The position numbers were made by a program, and so were the translations under genes. Positions 59,801 to 64,000 of a stretch of 64,000 nucleotides of DNA are shown here, piece by piece. Source of the stretch: Sphaeroforma arctica JP610 (Eukaryota); assembly GCF_001186125.1 (NCBI RefSeq), contig NW_014040452.1, positions 14,424 to 78,423 of the forward strand, given 5' to 3'. The notes beneath the pieces are model-generated. The model ran no database searches. It was not told the DNA's origin and was given only the letters and a program-made list of their open reading frames with translations. The number at the start of each line of letters is the position of its first letter. The first letter of the stretch is position 1.

Positions 59801-62800
59801 CTGCACTCCATGATAGCAGGCCTCCGCGGAACAACTCGATACTCGCTCTCCTTGCAAGCGCATTCGGACTAGCACTCAGGTCCCGCGTAGACTCCCAGAG
59901 CTCGATACGCAAATCAGTGACCATATCGTCTTCATGATTTGTCACCTGTATCAGTATGGGGCTCACTTCTCCAGTGACAGCTGTGATACTATCTAGTTCC
60001 ACCATACGACCAAAGCCATCTGAACCAAGACCCATGTATTTCCTATTTGAAACCGTTCTGGCCGTCGATTTGGACCGCGCCAGGGTCACATCAACTGCCA
60101 AGGCGTCCTCATGCGCCAAATTTTCGAGGGACAAATTGTCTGGAGTACTTCTGGGCGTCGTTGGTTTCTTTATATTCAAGTGCGAAGAAATAGCAGCTTC
60201 CAACATATGTCCGGGAACGGGCATTTCCTTCTCTGGCACATCCGCATCTGAGGTGAATGTTATATCCACGTCATTGCTGTTGCTTTCCCTGTGCACCAGC
60301 CGCACCTTCATCTGGGATGGCCTGGGGGTGAGTCGTGCGGACCATCGCTCATTATGGAATATGCTCAACGCCTCCGAATGGCTGTTGAGGACATCGATTT
60401 CCACCCCTCTTCTCCTATCGCGCTCGTCACATATGAGACCAATACGCCTCCTCGAGTAATCCACTGTAGAATCCGCGCCCAAAGAGCCTGTTGTGCTGTT
60501 TACAAGAGTATTGGCACTCCCGCTGATGGAGCGTCTCTGAGAAGTAGCCGGCAAATCCAAGGCTATCGCATTCTTGCCGGGATTCGCACCACTGCCCAGC
60601 CCGTTGTCTGCATGGAGTATGCGTGGCTGATCAAAGACTAACCTCGGTACTAAGCCAGCGAAGTGGGTGTCGGCCTGCTCTCCTGCAACCTTGGGAACAT
60701 CTAACAAATCTAGAGTCAACTCCACCCGGGAAACCTCCAATAGACGGCTACCAGCCGCTCCCCCGGTCGCACCCATAATGAGTGTGTATGTGCGCGGCAC
60801 CTCAGGAGTGAGTGTCAGGTCAGCGTATGTACGTTCATTGGCTGATACAGTACACACCACCGGCTCTGCAGACAGTGCGCTGGTGTCTACCACTGCACTC
60901 AATGGCGTGTCCTGGTGGTGTATTGTACTCCTCTCGTTTAGGGTTGCCTCTGTCATGGCGATACTAAGAGAAGCTAGCTTGATGGTCTGGGGTAGATTTG
61001 ACACCACGTTGACGGACACACACACTTCGTCCACGATTGTATACGTGGGGCTTTGAATGCACACAGAACAGTTAATTATGGGTAAACACTCACTCATTGC
61101 TATTCTCAGAGCGGGAGTGCTTGCAGGCTTATCCATGCTTAACACGTTCGTAGAATCGAGTAGCTCATCGCTTGAAGCCATTGCAGGTGAATCAGATTTG
61201 TTTCCGCTGCTTCTAGCGGTGTGGCTTGCTTTCGTGATGATCCACTCCAAAGAACTATCAGCTGGTGACATCAGGGTGAGATCAGAGGACGTGGTGGGTA
61301 TGAGAAGATTCTCTGCTGACGTGCTTGAATCCACTCCCTTCTGCACGTTTATGTCCCCTAGCGCTCTGGCCAGGCGCAAACAGGCGTCGCGTTCAGCGTG
61401 TGAGCCATTGAATGTGCGACTGGAACATTCCAACGCCAGCTGCATGGCGCGGTCAAGACGGCCTAAAGCACAAGCACACACGAGCGATGAGCGCAGTACA
61501 ATGTCCACTAGTACATCCCAGCCATCTCGTCTGTATTCTACATGAACCTGTATAACAAAGAAAGAGGCCACACAGACGCGAAGCAAACAAGTTGTCAGTC
61601 TTACCCTTACGCGCACATACGGACAATTTATTTTGAAAAACCAAGCCAACTGTGGCATTTATATATATTACCTTTTCGTAGACTAAGAAGGCGCGTTCGT
61701 AAAGCTGTGCCCTGAGGTACTGATCGGCAATTTGAACAGCTATACACCTGAGTGATAGACATAAAACTAATGAGCAAAGGATCACCACGGGCAAGCTCAA
61801 AATAAAGCTATTTTGGGTGAATTGGAAGGTAGATAGTCGCGGAGTGAGAGCACTGGTCACCCACCGACAGCTCACAATCACACAGAATTGAGGAAAACAT
61901 GCACACACGGGTCATCGATTGCATTTGCATCCAGCATTGCACAGACAACAGTACCACCTGATATGAGCAAGCGGAGATAATCCTCCGACTGAACATACGC
62001 TATCCCTACCTTGTCATACGTGCGCATTTGAAGCGTTTGTACTGTATGCGAGCTTGGGCAAGTAGTTCTACCACCTCATTGACAAAGTCAGCCTCTTGCA
62101 TCTACAGAAAAAAACATGAGAGAAGAATGAGATCAGCAAAATAGTCAGATAAGTAAGGTCGCGTTGTAGCTACACTGACTAACTGCTAATATGCAACCGC
62201 GACAAGACAAGAGAATGATCACCTTTTCCCCTTCCCACGTCGATTGCCTACACCCACATCTCGACGAAAGAAAATAAAAACCACTCCGTTTACAGCACAA
62301 TTTGAGGTAGGCTATAATATTTACCTGCGCAGCTTGTCCGAGTACTTGTATCATCTCTTGGCCGACAAAAGTGTTCGCAGGTTTATTTTCCGAGCCATCG
62401 CGATCTATGGAAGCCAGCCTATATAGACTTGCGGAGGCCAGATCCTGGGTACAAGTAGAGCGCAATGGTTTGTATCAGATCGGACATTGCACATGAAGTG
62501 TGACACGATTGTAAGTATACTATCGAATTTTCTATAGCGCTTCTGCTGGTCAACGTGGAAGTACGCACAAACTGATCGGACGGTGCGCCGTAGTCTACTG
62601 AGGATAGGAATGTTGCCATTTCGAGAAGAACATCCAAGTCTAATAAATAATACACGAAAAATATATATCCGATCGGGAGTGATAAATCAGTGAAACGATG
62701 CTTTTCCAACTAAAAAAATCTCCCGGCTCACAAGTGATTCCAAGGTTGATACGAATGAGCTACTACCGAACGATTGGTCAGAGCGAAGAAGTATTTGCTA

Positions 62801-64000
62801 CATACAAACAAGTCCGTCCAATCGGAAAGAAATCATGCGGGAGGCGGGGACGGTCAACACGCGCGCACTTACTGTGTCTACAATTTGTCGATAACAACTG
62901 TGTCTCTTGATGGCTACCACAGCTGCCTGACGCAGATAGAAACCGGGGTGATGGCTTTGGTCAGCTTGTACTGCTCCTATGGATACTGCCTGCATTACCA
63001 AAACAGAGTTAAATCCGCATAAGTGATATACGTCTCACATCGTTGCTAAATACAAATGCGGTTGTTGAGCCTTAGGATGACGTTCGAAAAGGAGGGTCGA
63101 GAAACAAGAACGTCTCAAGAAAAGCTATGGTTTGTAGAAACAGTGTTACTGTAGTCTCAGCCGATTATGAGCAAGCACTCAACACGCCCCGCAGGCTACA
63201 AACAGGCGAAGAATATATATGCTCACGAATCGCCAGTGGATTGACACGGATAGTCCGAAACACAGTGTCAGAGTTTTGTGAACTAGGCTGCAAATATATA
63301 TACTACACAGTCATACGATTGGCAGCCACCATAAAAACGCCTACCAAGCAAAAGGAAGCAGGTAATAGACTAAGAGGGCTAGCGAACATACACACGTACC
63401 TGCAAAAAGAGCTCCCCAAACACTTGATATTGTCTGCTGATCCAGCTGAGATGCCGGAACGAATCCACAATGGAATCACTGATAGCCGCCGACATGTTGG
63501 CGTGCGGTGTGGCGAGTGTGGGAACTTCTTTGAAGTGCGACAGATGGCGACGGAACAATTCTATGGCCTTCCAATGATTAAGTACTAATTGTAAACTGTA
63601 TTGCGCGAAAAACAGAGCAAATAGTCATTCGACAGGAATACGATGGTACATGCAAATATACTGTATTCGGTTGTGCATATGTTCAAGTCGAACCAAACAT
63701 GTGCAGGCTGCCGTCCATATGCACAATAGATAAAAAATAGCTTCTTCATCGATGCGAAAAGGTCTATGAATCAAATAAAGAAGTGCCCTAGCTTAATACC
63801 TCTGGTAGCGAGAGTAAGTATATCATCAAACTGATTGATAGCAGTCACCACACCTGCACGAGCGATGGTTGATGAGCCCTGCCATAGCTTTGATCTCATT
63901 CTTCTGCACATGTGTCATGGACTGGCTTCGGCTCTGGCGCAGAGTCAGCAGTTCCGAGTACGCGGACGAGTAGTGGCGAATGGCCTCGTGACTGCGAGAG
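56845..64000 (-). CDS. TRAPPC11: Trafficking protein particle complex subunit 11 (foie gras/gryzun), multi-exon, 5' end beyond window
   Basis: EAIRHYSSAYSELL..EIKAMAGLINHRSC (~63990-63853); HLSWISRQYQVFGELF (~63455-63400); HPGFYLRQAA (~62950); IADQYLRAQLYERA; YRRDGW (~61535); VGEMLIHWK; EASDSFMFSG (~57545-57517); last exon GYKYSKVRVLP..CPLACGLIALPKL..LYVKP..* ending at 56845. Confidence 0.88.

Noticed and set aside
59731..61545. Plus-strand ORFs of 68-167 aa
   Set aside because: Antisense shadows of the large TRAPPC11 exon.

Overview
Eukaryotic genomic DNA with intron-rich genes (GT-AG), long (TA)n/(TG)n intronic microsatellites and two N-gaps. The style suggests a unicellular holozoan/opisthokont such as an ichthyosporean; this is an inference only. 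Host genes: a 5'-partial asteroid/XPG-like PIN nuclease (+), BCP1/BCCIP (-), an Agd3-like polysaccharide deacetylase with signal peptide and GPI-like tail (-), ALG1 (+) and a 5'-partial TRAPPC11 (-). Mobile DNA: a decayed Ty3/Gypsy LTR element (~13.6-22.4 kb) and a nearly complete Ty1/Copia element (44120-50741) nested in a decayed LINE. Main discovery: both unrelated LTR retrotransposons carry, within pol, motifs of a Dam-like DNA N6-adenine methyltransferase of the kind known from DIRS elements and phages. In the Copia element a complete domain lies inside the integrase HHCC zinc finger. In the Gypsy element an N-terminal remnant is fused in frame after RNase H. All calls come from manual translation and motif recognition; no database searches were run.
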